Source: an uncultured Pseudomonadales bacterium
GTDB lineage: Bacteria; Patescibacteriota; Microgenomatia; UBA1400; Chazhemtobacteraceae
Length of the DNA stretch: 64,000 nucleotides
Assembly: GCA_964618725.1 (NCBI GenBank)
Contig: CAZUBK010000001.1
Location: 196,908-260,907 of the forward strand
Direction: 5' to 3'
In this document: positions 50,712 through 60,428 of the stretch, one piece after another
Layout of the letters: each line of letters begins with the position of its first letter
How positions within the stretch are numbered: the stretch's first letter is position 1
Translations under genes and position numbers: made by a program
Notes under the pieces: generated by a model
The model's database searches: none
Told to the model about the DNA's origin: nothing
Seen by the model: the letters and a program-made list of their open reading frames with translations, nothing else

Positions 50712-52026
50712 AAGGGGTAATGATTAATTTGTCCTCCAAGCGGACGACTTGGAAAAAATCAGTATCTCCTTCAATATACTCGACTTGTGTCTGAAGATAA
50801 TATGGAGTGACTACTCCGGTGAGCAGTTGAGCTTGAGAACGAGGAAGGATTTGTGGTTCGCCCAGTTCGTTGTTTTTGATTTGTTGGACGAGATCGTATT
50901 CTGGCTTACTCATGTATGAGTTGATCATGGCAATAGTGAAAGGTAACTTGGTTGAAAGAAAAAGAAGGGAGATGAGCGTACCGAAGGGTAAGAGATACCG
51001 CTGAGGGAGGATTTTGCTTAAAAAGAAAGCTGAAGTGAGCGAGATAAAACCCAGGAAGGGTAGTTGTAAGTAGTCGTGGATGTAACCAATATTGGAGAAA
51101 ACAACAGAGTGAAGAATACCGGTGGCGAGAAGAATGAGATAAAAGCGGTTTTTTTTGAGAGTCAGAAAGCCAAGTAAGGAAGTAATTAGGAGGGGGATGG
51201 TGAACATATTACGAGAAAAGAGAGTGAAGCGGGAAATGAACTGAGGGAGAGTGTAGGCGTCTGAGAGATTAGTGCGAGTGACGCTTAGACGATAAAGAAT
51301 AATCTCGACTAGGCCTCCTCCGGTAAATGAGCCCGTCAGCAACCTAATATGTAGTAGATGAATGAAGAGTCCAAGGAACGGGAACAGCAATAGTGACAGA
51401 AGTAGCTTCTTATCTGTTTTGAGAAAGCCATAGATAGCTAAGAGGGGGAGATGATAATAGGCTGGCCAACCAGAAAACAAAGCCAAGAGACTTGATGTTA
51501 AAAGATAAGAAATATATTTTGGTTCTTTGGGTTTAGTAACTGCTTGGTAAAGCAGAATGGTGTTGAGGAGAATGAAAGAGAAGGTTAATGGCTCATGGAC
51601 GGGGTTCTTGCCAAAGTAAGTAAAAATGGGAGTAAATAGGACTAAGATACTCGCTAAAGCGCCAATTTGAGGAAAGAAAAGAAGGCTACCAAGCCGAAAG
51701 ATCAAGTACAGATTTAAGAGATTGATGATAATGGGAAGCAGGCGAATCGACCATTCATGTGGACCAAATAGAACAACTGGGATCGAGAGGAGGAGAGTGA
51801 AGAGAGGTGGATAATGAGTGTCATAGCGGAAGTTGCTTGGGGTGGTTGGAGTGAGATTTTCGACTTGGCCGAGACGGGTCTTAATTAGGCCGTAGCGCAC
51901 ATTATTTCGGGCAATTTGGCCATAAGTGATGCCATTCCAGTCGTGATAACCGTAGAAGGGTTTAGTTATCTGAATAGAGAGAATAGCCGCTGCGACCAAG
52001 AGTACAACAAAGATTAGATATTTCAT
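50698..52026 (-). CDS. GT-C ArnT-like membrane glycosyltransferase
   Basis: HDWN..YGQIARN, HYPPLF, EWSIRL, multiple TMs. Confidence 0.75.
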   Translation of the reverse strand: MKYLIFVVLLVAAAILSIQITKPFYGYHDWNGITYGQIARNNVRYGLIKTRLGQVENLTPTTPSNFRYDTHYPPLFTLLLSIPVVLFGPHEWSIRLLPIIINLLNLYLIFRLGSLLFFPQIGALASILVLFTPIFTYFGKNPVHEPLTFSFILLNTILLYQAVTKPKEPKYISYLLTSSLLALFSGWPAYYHLPLLAIYGFLKTDKKLLLSLLLFPFLGLFIHLLHIRLLTGSFTGGGLVEIILYRLSVTRTNLSDAYTLPQFISRFTLFSRNMFTIPLLITSLLGFLTLKKNRFYLILLATGILHSVVFSNIGYIHDYLQLPFLGFISLTSAFFLSKILPQRYLLPFGTLISLLFLSTKLPFTIAMINSYMSKPEYDLVQQIKNNELGEPQILPRSQAQLLTGVVTPYYLQTQVEYIEGDTDFFQVVRLEDKLIITPYDTN

Positions 52027-52889
52027 TTCTCGCGTCTGTATAACTCCCAGAGTTTCATATAGGCAAAAGCGTGATGAAGCCCTGAGAACAGAGAGAAGAC
52101 AAAACCAGGAAAGCCATCTTGAAAGCCACGGTAGCGAAGGTACAAAGAGAGAAATGTGATGGTGGGTTTGAAGAACATGTAGTTTAGTGTGTTTGGAAGA
52201 GTTACTTTTACCTTTTTGTCTTTTAGTTGAGTCGCAGCGAGAGACGAATAACGATTCTCTCGGAGAAGATAACGGGAGAACTGTGGGGTGGCGTAGTGAT
52301 CAAGATCCCCGGTTAGCCAACCGGTGTCGCCCTCGACAACCATTTGCTCATGGACGTCTTTGGCAGGGAGATAGGCTTCGCCGTTTTGGAAAAGGCGAAT
52401 GACTGGATCAGGATATTGACCATTGTGCTTAAGATATCGATTGAGAAAAAAATTCTTCCTGGGAAGGAAGTAGGCGGCGGCTGGTTTAAAAAGAGGCTGA
52501 GGAGACTTGAAAATGGGTAGAAATTGGGTGATCTTTAATTTAATTGGAGATTGCCAGGAGTCAAAACCAAAATACTGACCATTGAGAAGCAATTTGATTT
52601 CCTGCTTCAACTCAGAGGTAACAAATTCATCGGCATCGAGTTGTAGAACCCAGTCTCCCTTGGCTTTTTTGTTAGCCATGGCTTTATTGATGTGAAAATT
52701 CGGTTTATTGGTGGTCTTGTAGACCCTTGCACCAAGTTTCTTGGCAATCAGAGGAGTCTTGTCAGTTGAGGAGCCGTCAACAACAATTATTTCATCGGCG
52801 ATGTCCTTAATCGACTTGAGACACTTCTCAAGGACGTCCTCTTCGTTGAAGGTAGTTAAGGTGACAGAAAGGGTTAACTTTTTGGTCAT
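52023..52889 (-). CDS. GT2 beta-glucosyltransferase-like (WaaE/KdtX type)
   Basis: TFNEE, VDGSSTD, WVLQLDADE, YPD..IRLF, VHE, GFQDG.PG; start 52889 chosen from TACAAT-N6-ATG. Confidence 0.88.
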   Translation of the reverse strand: MTKKLTLSVTLTTFNEEDVLEKCLKSIKDIADEIIVVDGSSTDKTPLIAKKLGARVYKTTNKPNFHINKAMANKKAKGDWVLQLDADEFVTSELKQEIKLLLNGQYFGFDSWQSPIKLKITQFLPIFKSPQPLFKPAAAYFLPRKNFFLNRYLKHNGQYPDPVIRLFQNGEAYLPAKDVHEQMVVEGDTGWLTGDLDHYATPQFSRYLLRENRYSSLAATQLKDKKVKVTLPNTLNYMFFKPTITFLSLYLRYRGFQDGFPGFVFSLFSGLHHAFAYMKLWELYRREK

Positions 52890-52937
52890 AATCATATTGT
52901 AGCCGATGACCAATCATGTTTGCTGTACAATGAATTT

Positions 52938-53225
52938 ATGACGGAAGTAATTAACCGGATCAAAGAGAAGTCGGTGCCTATTTTGAAAGAGGCTGGTGTA
53001 TCTAAGTCGGCAATTTTTGGTTCATTTGTAAGAGGTGAGCAAAAAAAAGACAGTGATATAGATATGTTAATACAGCCCCCAAAAGGAATGGGATTATTTG
53101 CTCTTGCTGATTTACAGATGAAACTGGAGGATGCGCTAGGAAGAAAGGTAGATATTGTTACATATAAGTCTATATATCCTGAGCTGCGCGAGAGTATACT
53201 GAAAGATCAATATCAAATTTTGTAG
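52938..53225 (+). CDS. mntA: Minimal nucleotidyltransferase antitoxin (MntA type)
   Basis: GS-x10-DxD (GSFVRGEQKKDSDID), LGRKVDIV; TACAAT-N6-ATG 52938. Confidence 0.88.
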   Translation: MTEVINRIKEKSVPILKEAGVSKSAIFGSFVRGEQKKDSDIDMLIQPPKGMGLFALADLQMKLEDALGRKVDIVTYKSIYPELRESILKDQYQIL

Positions 53226-53237
53226 CCAAATAGAACT

Positions 53238-53570
53238 ATGAAGAAGGATCCTAATGTCTATTTGAGACATGTACTTGAAAGTATAAGATTGGTTGAAAAA
53301 AGAATAAAAGGAATTAGATATGAAGAATTTGAGAAGAATGTAGATTTGCAAGATATGGTAGTCTGGAGAATTCAAGTTATCGGAGAAGCAATTAAAAATC
53401 TGCCTGATGAATACAAGGCGAATTATGCTGACATAGATTGGCATAATCCTGCAGGAATGAGAAATGCCCTAATTCATGGATATGCTGACATAGATTTTGA
53501 GATTGTATGGCGCACCGTCAAAGATGATTTACCAAAACTTAAAAACCAAATTAAAGATCTCTTGAGATGA
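53238..53570 (+). CDS. hepT: HEPN/DUF86 RNase toxin (HepT type)
   Basis: IGEA, GMRNALIHGY (R-x4-H-x-Y), IVW..V..DLP.L; follows the MNT gene. Confidence 0.88.
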   Translation: MKKDPNVYLRHVLESIRLVEKRIKGIRYEEFEKNVDLQDMVVWRIQVIGEAIKNLPDEYKANYADIDWHNPAGMRNALIHGYADIDFEIVWRTVKDDLPKLKNQIKDLLR

Positions 53571-55048
53571 AAAATAGATTAGTTCCCTGGCAATGGCTAG
53601 TTGTTGTTTTAAGTTTCGTTTTTTTGTCGATCATCCGACTTCATGAGTATGACCGGATACCGACTCCCGGGCATGCAGAAGAACTATTGTACGGCTGGTC
53701 GGGGATATATCTTATAGAGGAAGGAGTACCGCAGAGCTGGTCAACGCTTGATTACCCAAAGGAGAACCTGGTCTTTGATGGAATTGTGGGAGATAAGCAA
53801 AATATGTTTTTGCCGGCAAAGCTGTATCGCCCGTGGCTAGATGAGCCGCCGTTGTATTCGCTTTTGTCAGGAGGCGCTGCGCACCTTTTTGGGGCGGATA
53901 GAACAAAGGTACTTCCTCCCTCATACATCAGATTACCCTCAGTCTTAGCATCTTTGGCGAGTTTGGTTTTGGTATTTGTAGTAGGTAGACAGTTTTTTGG
54001 ATTTTGGGCGGGATTTCTTGCTTTATGGATTTACGGAACATCGCCTATCATGGTATTTGGTAGTAGGTTGTCGGTGCCGGAGAATATTATTGCCTTAGCA
54101 ACGATTGGGATTCTGCCAATTGCCTTTAGCTATCTAAAAAAGCCTAAGTGGTGGGTAAGTTATTTATCTGGGATACTCAGTGCGGTGCTGGGATTGATGA
54201 AACCAACCGGCTTCTTTGTGGCACCACTGATGATTTTCTTGGCGGCAAAGAAGAAGAGATGGAAGGATGTAATAATAATCGCCGGACTGATGGCGCTAGG
54301 AGTTATTATCTTTATTGCTTATGGCAATTATTTCGGGCCCGATATCTTTAAGAGAATTGTAGAGATACAAGGGGTAAGATTTGCTGGCTGGACGGGACTG
54401 TCATATATTCTGACTTCCCCGGCATACGACATTGTTGAGTATTACGATGGTTGGTATATATTGGCTCTAATCTTTGCCCTCTTTTTCTCACTTATTCCCA
54501 AGAAGACTGAACAGCTAAAACTACTAAATCTCTTCTTCTATTTCTGGTTACTAGTCGGACTCTTTGGTGGAACTGAACAGGATCTCTTGCCTTGGTACCG
54601 ATATCCTCTTTTCCCACTATTAGCGCTCTATGGAGGACTGGGAATTGAGTATCTTTACAAGCGGATTAACTTCTATGGATTGGTGTTGGTGTTGGGACTA
54701 TTACTTACTTCCCGGTGGTATCTACATAATGCTTTCAGACCAACAACGCCACCTAATACCTTCCGGGCTGTCATGTTCTTGGCACTCCTTCCTTCTTTAT
54801 TTGGGATGATTTGGCGGAAGGGCTGGACAAGAAAGGTGTCGAGAATAATCTTGATAGCTGTGTTTGTTCTGGGAGCCTGGTGGAATAGTAAATATATCTA
54901 TGCCGCCTTTGCCATCAGATGCGAGAGTATTAGTTGTCCATTTGGGCCAAGTATTGGACTGTCAGAGGTGAGACTACCCTTTTTCTGGAGATTCCTGGTA
55001 CCTAAAGACTCGACAGGCATGCTTGACGCTAAAAGGCCGTGGTTTTAA
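53567..55048 (+). CDS. GT-C-like membrane glycosyltransferase
   Basis: HAEE loop, WLDEPPLY, IRLPS, SRLSVPE, MKPTG; ATGA overlap with the HEPN stop. Confidence 0.72.
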   Translation: MKNRLVPWQWLVVVLSFVFLSIIRLHEYDRIPTPGHAEELLYGWSGIYLIEEGVPQSWSTLDYPKENLVFDGIVGDKQNMFLPAKLYRPWLDEPPLYSLLSGGAAHLFGADRTKVLPPSYIRLPSVLASLASLVLVFVVGRQFFGFWAGFLALWIYGTSPIMVFGSRLSVPENIIALATIGILPIAFSYLKKPKWWVSYLSGILSAVLGLMKPTGFFVAPLMIFLAAKKKRWKDVIIIAGLMALGVIIFIAYGNYFGPDIFKRIVEIQGVRFAGWTGLSYILTSPAYDIVEYYDGWYILALIFALFFSLIPKKTEQLKLLNLFFYFWLLVGLFGGTEQDLLPWYRYPLFPLLALYGGLGIEYLYKRINFYGLVLVLGLLLTSRWYLHNAFRPTTPPNTFRAVMFLALLPSLFGMIWRKGWTRKVSRIILIAVFVLGAWWNSKYIYAAFAIRCESISCPFGPSIGLSEVRLPFFWRFLVPKDSTGMLDAKRPWF

Positions 55049-55057
55049 GGCTCAGTC

Positions 55058-55086
55058 TTGACACAAGGTTAATTTTTGTGTAATAT
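55058..55086 (+). promoter_or_regulatory. Near-consensus sigma70 promoter
   Basis: TTGACA-N17-TAATAT; GAGGAGGT RBS at 55103-55110. Confidence 0.7.
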
Positions 55087-55115
55087 AGGTCTACTTATCA
55101 AAGAGGAGGTATCTC

Positions 55116-55364
55116 TTGAAACAATATCTAATTTCTAGATCTCGACGCCTGCTTGAGCAGAATAGAGAGCTTCTTGTAGAGATGCAACAAAATAGGGACA
55201 ATGCTCGTTCCCTAGTTGATGGAGCAATTGCAGCCAAAACTGAATCGACGGCAAGGATTCAACTGGCTGCAGCAGAGAAATTGCTTGCCAAAAATAGAGG
55301 ACTGGGTCTTCAGGTCTGGATGCAATTAAAGTTAATCGACCTCTATATCTGGATAATCGGTTAA
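55116..55364 (+). CDS. Small hypothetical helical protein (82 aa)
   Basis: TTG start with strong RBS, own promoter and terminator. Confidence 0.65.
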   Translation: MKQYLISRSRRLLEQNRELLVEMQQNRDNARSLVDGAIAAKTESTARIQLAAAEKLLAKNRGLGLQVWMQLKLIDLYIWIIG

Positions 55365-55375
55365 CTAAGCAGTAG

Positions 55376-55405
55376 AATCGTCTCCTCAATGGGGACGATT
55401 TTTTT
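55376..55405 (+). terminator. Intrinsic terminator
   Basis: AATCGTCTCC-tcaat-GGGGACGATT followed by a T run. Confidence 0.72.
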
Positions 55406-57092
55406 ATTTTCTCGCCAGATATTGGTTTGTGTCGAAGAGTCGGAAAGCTGTTTGGTTGTTGGGATAATTGATTATATGGATAGGCTTAATGCTTTCTGGG
55501 ACGGTTTCGTCGGCAACAATAATTAAGGAATTAGGGGATGCAGCGTCACTTGCCCAGTCAATGGGGTGGAATTCGTACTTACCAAAAGAGAGGCCGGTGG
55601 AGAAACCAAACTTATCAGGAGTGGAGAAGACAAGCTGTTGTTGAAGAAGTGTGGGGGGGTACTTGAGATAGAAGGCAGTGAGGATGTAGGGCTGATCGTA
55701 GGCGGTGGAGATAATAACTTTGTCATACTTGTTCTGATTCTTTTTAAGATAGTTACCCAGGTCCTTAAAGCCGTACTGCCAGGCGAAAGGGAGCTCTTTG
55801 GGATAACGATTGTAGTAAGAATTAAGATATTGAGAGAAATTAAAGGCAAGGGTTATGGCAAATAGCGAGATTAACAGAGGAATAACACTGGCGGACTTAT
55901 TCTCAAGCCAAGTAAGGAGCTTAATGATACCAAAAGCAATTGTGATGGAGAAAGAGATGACCATATTTTGAGAACGCAGAGCATGGGGGGACTGAAAGGT
56001 AAGGGCGGCAGCAATAGGAGCAATGAAGAGCCAGGCAAGGACTACCCGAGATGATCTTTGGCGAAAGGAAGTAAGCAGAGAAAATAAACCAAAGTAAAAG
56101 AAGGGGAGAAGGAGATGTAGACCTTGGCCAAAACCAGGGACTTTGGATCGGGCGATTTCATCACCTTTAATAAAGAGGAATTGAGGGGAAAAGTGAGAAA
56201 GATAGTTTTTGATAAATTCAAAGAGATAAGCGGTATAGCGATTGAAGCGAAGCTTAGTCAAAAATGAATCTGGATTTGGAGAAAGGCGTCTACCCTCGTG
56301 GACCCAAGAAAGCGGGCCAGTGTCGGCAAAAAGACCGACTCCAGAAAAGCGACTAGCGGCTGAGCCATTTAAGAACTGAAGAACCAGGGGGATACTTAGG
56401 ACTAATCCTAAAGTGATAGCAATACTAAGGAAGAGAAATTGTTTTTTCTTGAGTTGAGAGAGGATATCCTGATGGAAGATGAGAGTAAATGAAAAAAGTA
56501 AAAGGGGAGTGACCAGACGAGCGGCGTGATAGGTATACAAAGAAAGGAGAAAGAAAAAAGCGCTAGGAATCCAAAGTTGAGGTCGTTTCAGAGCTTTGAG
56601 GAAAAGGACTGTACCAAGAAGAATAAAAGTAGTTCCGGCGTTGACTTCCCACCCACCGCGGGAAAAATGAAGGTGCCAGGGAGAAGCAGCGAGGAGAAGG
56701 GCGGCGAGATATCCGGGAGTTAACTCAAAGTTGTTTTTCTTGAGCAATATTCTTTCCGGGAAGAGGTGGCTGACGAGGAGATAGATTAGATATACAGAGA
56801 GGATACTAAGTAGAGCTGAAGGAAGCCTTACCGACCATTCATTGAGACCAAAGAAATAGACGAAGGGGAGGGTGAGATAAACATAAACGCCGGGCTTGTA
56901 GTCGTCAAAGGAGCGAAACTCGATTGGCCAGGGGGTGCCATGTTCATCACGACCGGTTTGGATGAGGGAATAGGCGTTGTAGCCAAGGGCAGCTTCGTCG
57001 GCATTCAGTCCAGAGGGATAGCGATCAAGGGCAAATAGCCTAAGTGTGGCGGCTAGAAACAGAACCAGAAAGATGGGTATGAGCTTTTTCAT
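55404..57092 (-). CDS. GT-C ArnT/PMT-like membrane glycosyltransferase
   Basis: NADEAALGYNAYSLIQTGRDEHG, DYKP, WHLHFSRGGWE, NYLSHFSPQFLF..GD, WQYG. Confidence 0.82.
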   Translation of the reverse strand: MKKLIPIFLVLFLAATLRLFALDRYPSGLNADEAALGYNAYSLIQTGRDEHGTPWPIEFRSFDDYKPGVYVYLTLPFVYFFGLNEWSVRLPSALLSILSVYLIYLLVSHLFPERILLKKNNFELTPGYLAALLLAASPWHLHFSRGGWEVNAGTTFILLGTVLFLKALKRPQLWIPSAFFFLLSLYTYHAARLVTPLLLFSFTLIFHQDILSQLKKKQFLFLSIAITLGLVLSIPLVLQFLNGSAASRFSGVGLFADTGPLSWVHEGRRLSPNPDSFLTKLRFNRYTAYLFEFIKNYLSHFSPQFLFIKGDEIARSKVPGFGQGLHLLLPFFYFGLFSLLTSFRQRSSRVVLAWLFIAPIAAALTFQSPHALRSQNMVISFSITIAFGIIKLLTWLENKSASVIPLLISLFAITLAFNFSQYLNSYYNRYPKELPFAWQYGFKDLGNYLKKNQNKYDKVIISTAYDQPYILTAFYLKYPPTLLQQQLVFSTPDKFGFSTGLSFGKYEFHPIDWASDAASPNSLIIVADETVPESIKPIHIINYPNNQTAFRLFDTNQYLARK

Positions 57093-58804
57093 TGAAAGGC
57101 AACTATAACAAAGACGGGGAAACCGTCGGGGCGCTTAATTGTTTTGACAATTTGAGCATTTCTGGGAATAAGATCGAGGGTGGTAACTAGAAGACTGTTC
57201 GTGGTACTTATCTCTCCACCACTTTCGAGGGAGAGAGCTTTGACTTCTTTGTCAGTTGGGATCTGCCAATGATTGATGAAATAGGTATCGTCAATTTTGT
57301 CGGTCCAAAACCAATCTGATTTGGCAAAACGAATGTTGTCACTACCTGGCTGAAGATGTGATGGGTCAAGTTTGGAATAGAAGGCATAGAAAATATGGGG
57401 CTCACCAAGTTGTTTGATGATGAAAAAACGTTCGTATTCTTTTTTGTGCTCTTGCATATAGTCAATCGCTTGCTGATAGCCGTATTGCCAAGCCTGGGCA
57501 TAAGTAACTGGATACATAGTGAGATACGAGTGGAGATAACGACCAAATGAGAGGATAGTCAGGGCAGCCAAATAGATTGCGGTAAGGAAGCCAATAGGAA
57601 GCCGAGACTTAACTTTGGACTTTGCCATGTCAATGACCCAAATGGCTCCAAGAGTAGCCAGAAGAATGAGGGGGGGTATCAGAGGAGTGGGACGAAGTGA
57701 CTGAGGAGGGTCGGAGGTAAGGGCAGAGGGAATGGGAGCCAGGAGGAGGAACAGGAGGAGAAGATAAGATTCCTTTGTTTTGTGGCTCTTGAGCAGATAA
57801 ACAAAACCCAGAAGACTAAGAAGCGTAACGGGCAGGGTGAGCAGATTCTTGCCGGGAATGGCAAATTGGTATTGAGCTCCTCTGGTCTGGTACAGGAAAG
57901 TCGGAGAAAAGTGACCTAAATAGTTTTTGGTCGCTTGAGAAGCAAAATAGACCGGGCGATTATGAATCAGTCGAGGAAGGGGGGAGGGGAGTTTGCTGTT
58001 CAGGCGATTTTGACCGATCTGGTAGATAGCCGGCTCAGTAAGAATTGTGAGCTTGTTGTACCGGGCGGTACCAGTACCAGCGATAAACTGATAGCCCATT
58101 AAGCTGAGACTGCCAAGAAAGATTACCATTGAGATCAATAGACTTTTGTTTAGTTTGATTTTGGTTCTATAAAGAAGAAAAAAGGAGGGGAGAAGAAGGG
58201 GAATAAGAACACGATATGAGTTGTAGGTATGGAGAGTAGCGGAGAAAAGAATAGAACTAAGAAGCCAGTATCGGCTGTCATTAAGACCCTTGAGGAGTGA
58301 CCAAAGAGCGAAGACAAACAGAGTGAGGCCCAAGTTGGCTTCAAGGGCGGGGCGGGAGATGAAAAAATGCCAGGGGTTAAGAACAAGAAGGAAAGCGGCA
58401 ACAAGGCCTGGGTTTATTTCATATTCTTTTTTTCTCAAACTGATTTTTAGTCGCTGAGAGAGAAGAACGTTAGCGAGCAAGTAAAGGCCTAAAATGGCAA
58501 AGGAACCAGCTAAGATAGAAACAAAACGAATGGCGAATGAGTTGAGGCCGAAGATGACAATGGGGGGGATGGTGAGATAGATATAGAGTGGAAGCTTGTA
58601 ATCACCGAAGGCGCGAAAGATGAGAGGAAATCTAACCCCCCACTCATCTTTACCGGTTTGAAGAAGTGAGTAGGCGTTGTAACCGTGACTAACTTCGTCC
58701 CAGTTCAATGAAGGAGGGACTTCAGTAACTTGAGAGAAACGGAGCAGCGTCCCTACGATAAGCAGAATAATTAGGGGTAGATTCGTTTTTATGAATTTCG
58801 TCAC
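57089..58804 (-). CDS. GT-C ArnT/PMT-like membrane glycosyltransferase
   Basis: NWDEVSHGYNAYSLLQTGKDEWG, GDYKLP, WHFFISRPALE, WQYGY; GTG 58804 lies just after the upstream stop. Confidence 0.82.
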   Translation of the reverse strand: MTKFIKTNLPLIILLIVGTLLRFSQVTEVPPSLNWDEVSHGYNAYSLLQTGKDEWGVRFPLIFRAFGDYKLPLYIYLTIPPIVIFGLNSFAIRFVSILAGSFAILGLYLLANVLLSQRLKISLRKKEYEINPGLVAAFLLVLNPWHFFISRPALEANLGLTLFVFALWSLLKGLNDSRYWLLSSILFSATLHTYNSYRVLIPLLLPSFFLLYRTKIKLNKSLLISMVIFLGSLSLMGYQFIAGTGTARYNKLTILTEPAIYQIGQNRLNSKLPSPLPRLIHNRPVYFASQATKNYLGHFSPTFLYQTRGAQYQFAIPGKNLLTLPVTLLSLLGFVYLLKSHKTKESYLLLLFLLLAPIPSALTSDPPQSLRPTPLIPPLILLATLGAIWVIDMAKSKVKSRLPIGFLTAIYLAALTILSFGRYLHSYLTMYPVTYAQAWQYGYQQAIDYMQEHKKEYERFFIIKQLGEPHIFYAFYSKLDPSHLQPGSDNIRFAKSDWFWTDKIDDTYFINHWQIPTDKEVKALSLESGGEISTTNSLLVTTLDLIPRNAQIVKTIKRPDGFPVFVIVAFQ

Positions 58805-58808
58805 AAGA

Positions 58809-60428
58809 TTATTGTAGCTGATCGCAAAGTGGACTTTGGACGATAGAGCTCTGACACTTGAGACGAGGATTGGTTTGAAAGGCCTGAAAGCGAATCTCAC
58901 CCAGGGGATCCTTGATAACAAAGAGGGGACTGAGAGAGTGTTCGATTGTTTGGGAAGGCGAAATAGCGAGTGGACCACCGACAATGACCTGGTTTATGTA
59001 GACGTCGGTTTGCCAATCAATGTTACTAAAAGTTAAATTCCCAAAGGAAAGATTACCGTTAAATTCTGGGTGATAATAATAGTTGTGTTTGATCGAGGGA
59101 TCGGCTTCTTTCTGAAACCGGGCAGGCGGGTAGCGAAGAAAGAAAGCCAGGGCGGGGTAGGTGGGACTGAGTCTACCCTGATCGATGAGGAAGTGTTTTT
59201 TGGGATAGAGTTTGATTTGCTGGGCCAACTGATCGACTCCAAAGTCCCAGTATTTGGCGCGTTCTACCGGTAAGAGAAGGAAGTATGAATTGTAGAGTTG
59301 ACGAAGACTGAAGGAGAAAATGAGGAGTAGAAGAATAGGTGAAACTAGTTTGGGTATTCTTTCCAAAATTTGTTTTAGGCCTAAGGCGAGAATGATGCTT
59401 AAGGGGATAACTAAGGGGAGACTTCGATGACTTGAGAAGGGATCGTGGGTAAGAGCGGCAGGGATTGGCGAGAGAAAAAGAATGAGAAAAAGATATTTGT
59501 AAGGTAACTTAGCGCGATTAGAATAGAGCTGCAGTAACCCAAGAAAGTAGGGAATGAAGAGCCATAAGTAGAAGACGGCGAGACGAGGAATGGAGCGTTG
59601 AGGATCGGGGTCGGGAAGGAAAAACAAGGATTGAGGAGAAAAGTAGTTAAGATATTGAGAAGAGAATTCCCAAAGGAATCCTAAAAGAGTTGAGTTTCCT
59701 AAACTTAAGTTACCTTTTGTAAAAAAGGCAGGGGTAGTAAGAAGGTAGAACTGCGGTAATAGAAGAATAATACTGACAATGAGGCCCGCAAAAAAGTAGC
59801 GACGGGAAGGCTTGGAGAGGAGGATATCTTTGAAGAAAAGGAAATAGGAGACAAGATAAATGGGAACGAGAAAACGCTCCGAGTAGGCAGTGTACATAGA
59901 GAGAATGACGATAATGAGACCAGAGACGATGAAGACGGGACGGTGAAGGGAGATAAATAGGAACAGCCAGCCTAGAGCCAGGATAGCCATCCCAGGATTA
60001 ATTTCGTAGCCGGTCCTGGCGTAGAGGACAACCCAAGGAGACGTGGCAAGGATAAGGGCAGCCAGATTACTGACTTTACGGTTCTTAAACAGCTCTTGAG
60101 TGAGAAGATAAATAATGACGATACTAAGAAGGCCAAAAATGGCGGAAAGTGACCGAACGGCAAAAATAGTCGGGCCAAAGATGGTGACAAATGGAACGGC
60201 TGAATAGGTAAAAAGGGGGGGGCTATAAAAGCCAAAAAAGCGGAAAGTTACGGGAAAGGCCTTGCCCCACTCGTCTAGACCAGTTTTGGAAAGGGAGTAG
60301 GCGGTAAACCCGGGGAGGGCCTCGTCGACATAGAAGCCAGAGGGAATGCTACTCAGTTTGTAGAAGTACAAAACAAAGGCGAGAAGAAGCGTCAGAAAAA
60401 GCAAAAAGTAAGAGAGTGGCTTAGACAT
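58809..60428 (-). CDS. GT-C ArnT/PMT-like membrane glycosyltransferase
   Basis: VDEALPGFTAYSLSKTGLDEWG, YARTGYE, YLNYFSPQSLF..PD..PQRS, WDFG. Confidence 0.82.
   Translation of the reverse strand: MSKPLSYFLLFLTLLLAFVLYFYKLSSIPSGFYVDEALPGFTAYSLSKTGLDEWGKAFPVTFRFFGFYSPPLFTYSAVPFVTIFGPTIFAVRSLSAIFGLLSIVIIYLLTQELFKNRKVSNLAALILATSPWVVLYARTGYEINPGMAILALGWLFLFISLHRPVFIVSGLIIVILSMYTAYSERFLVPIYLVSYFLFFKDILLSKPSRRYFFAGLIVSIILLLPQFYLLTTPAFFTKGNLSLGNSTLLGFLWEFSSQYLNYFSPQSLFFLPDPDPQRSIPRLAVFYLWLFIPYFLGLLQLYSNRAKLPYKYLFLILFLSPIPAALTHDPFSSHRSLPLVIPLSIILALGLKQILERIPKLVSPILLLLIFSFSLRQLYNSYFLLLPVERAKYWDFGVDQLAQQIKLYPKKHFLIDQGRLSPTYPALAFFLRYPPARFQKEADPSIKHNYYYHPEFNGNLSFGNLTFSNIDWQTDVYINQVIVGGPLAISPSQTIEHSLSPLFVIKDPLGEIRFQAFQTNPRLKCQSSIVQSPLCDQLQ

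Noticed and set aside
58805-58984. N-terminal extension of the track ORF 57089..58984
   Set aside because: Overlaps the upstream GT-C gene by about 175 bp; GTG at 58804 fits the paralogue lengths.
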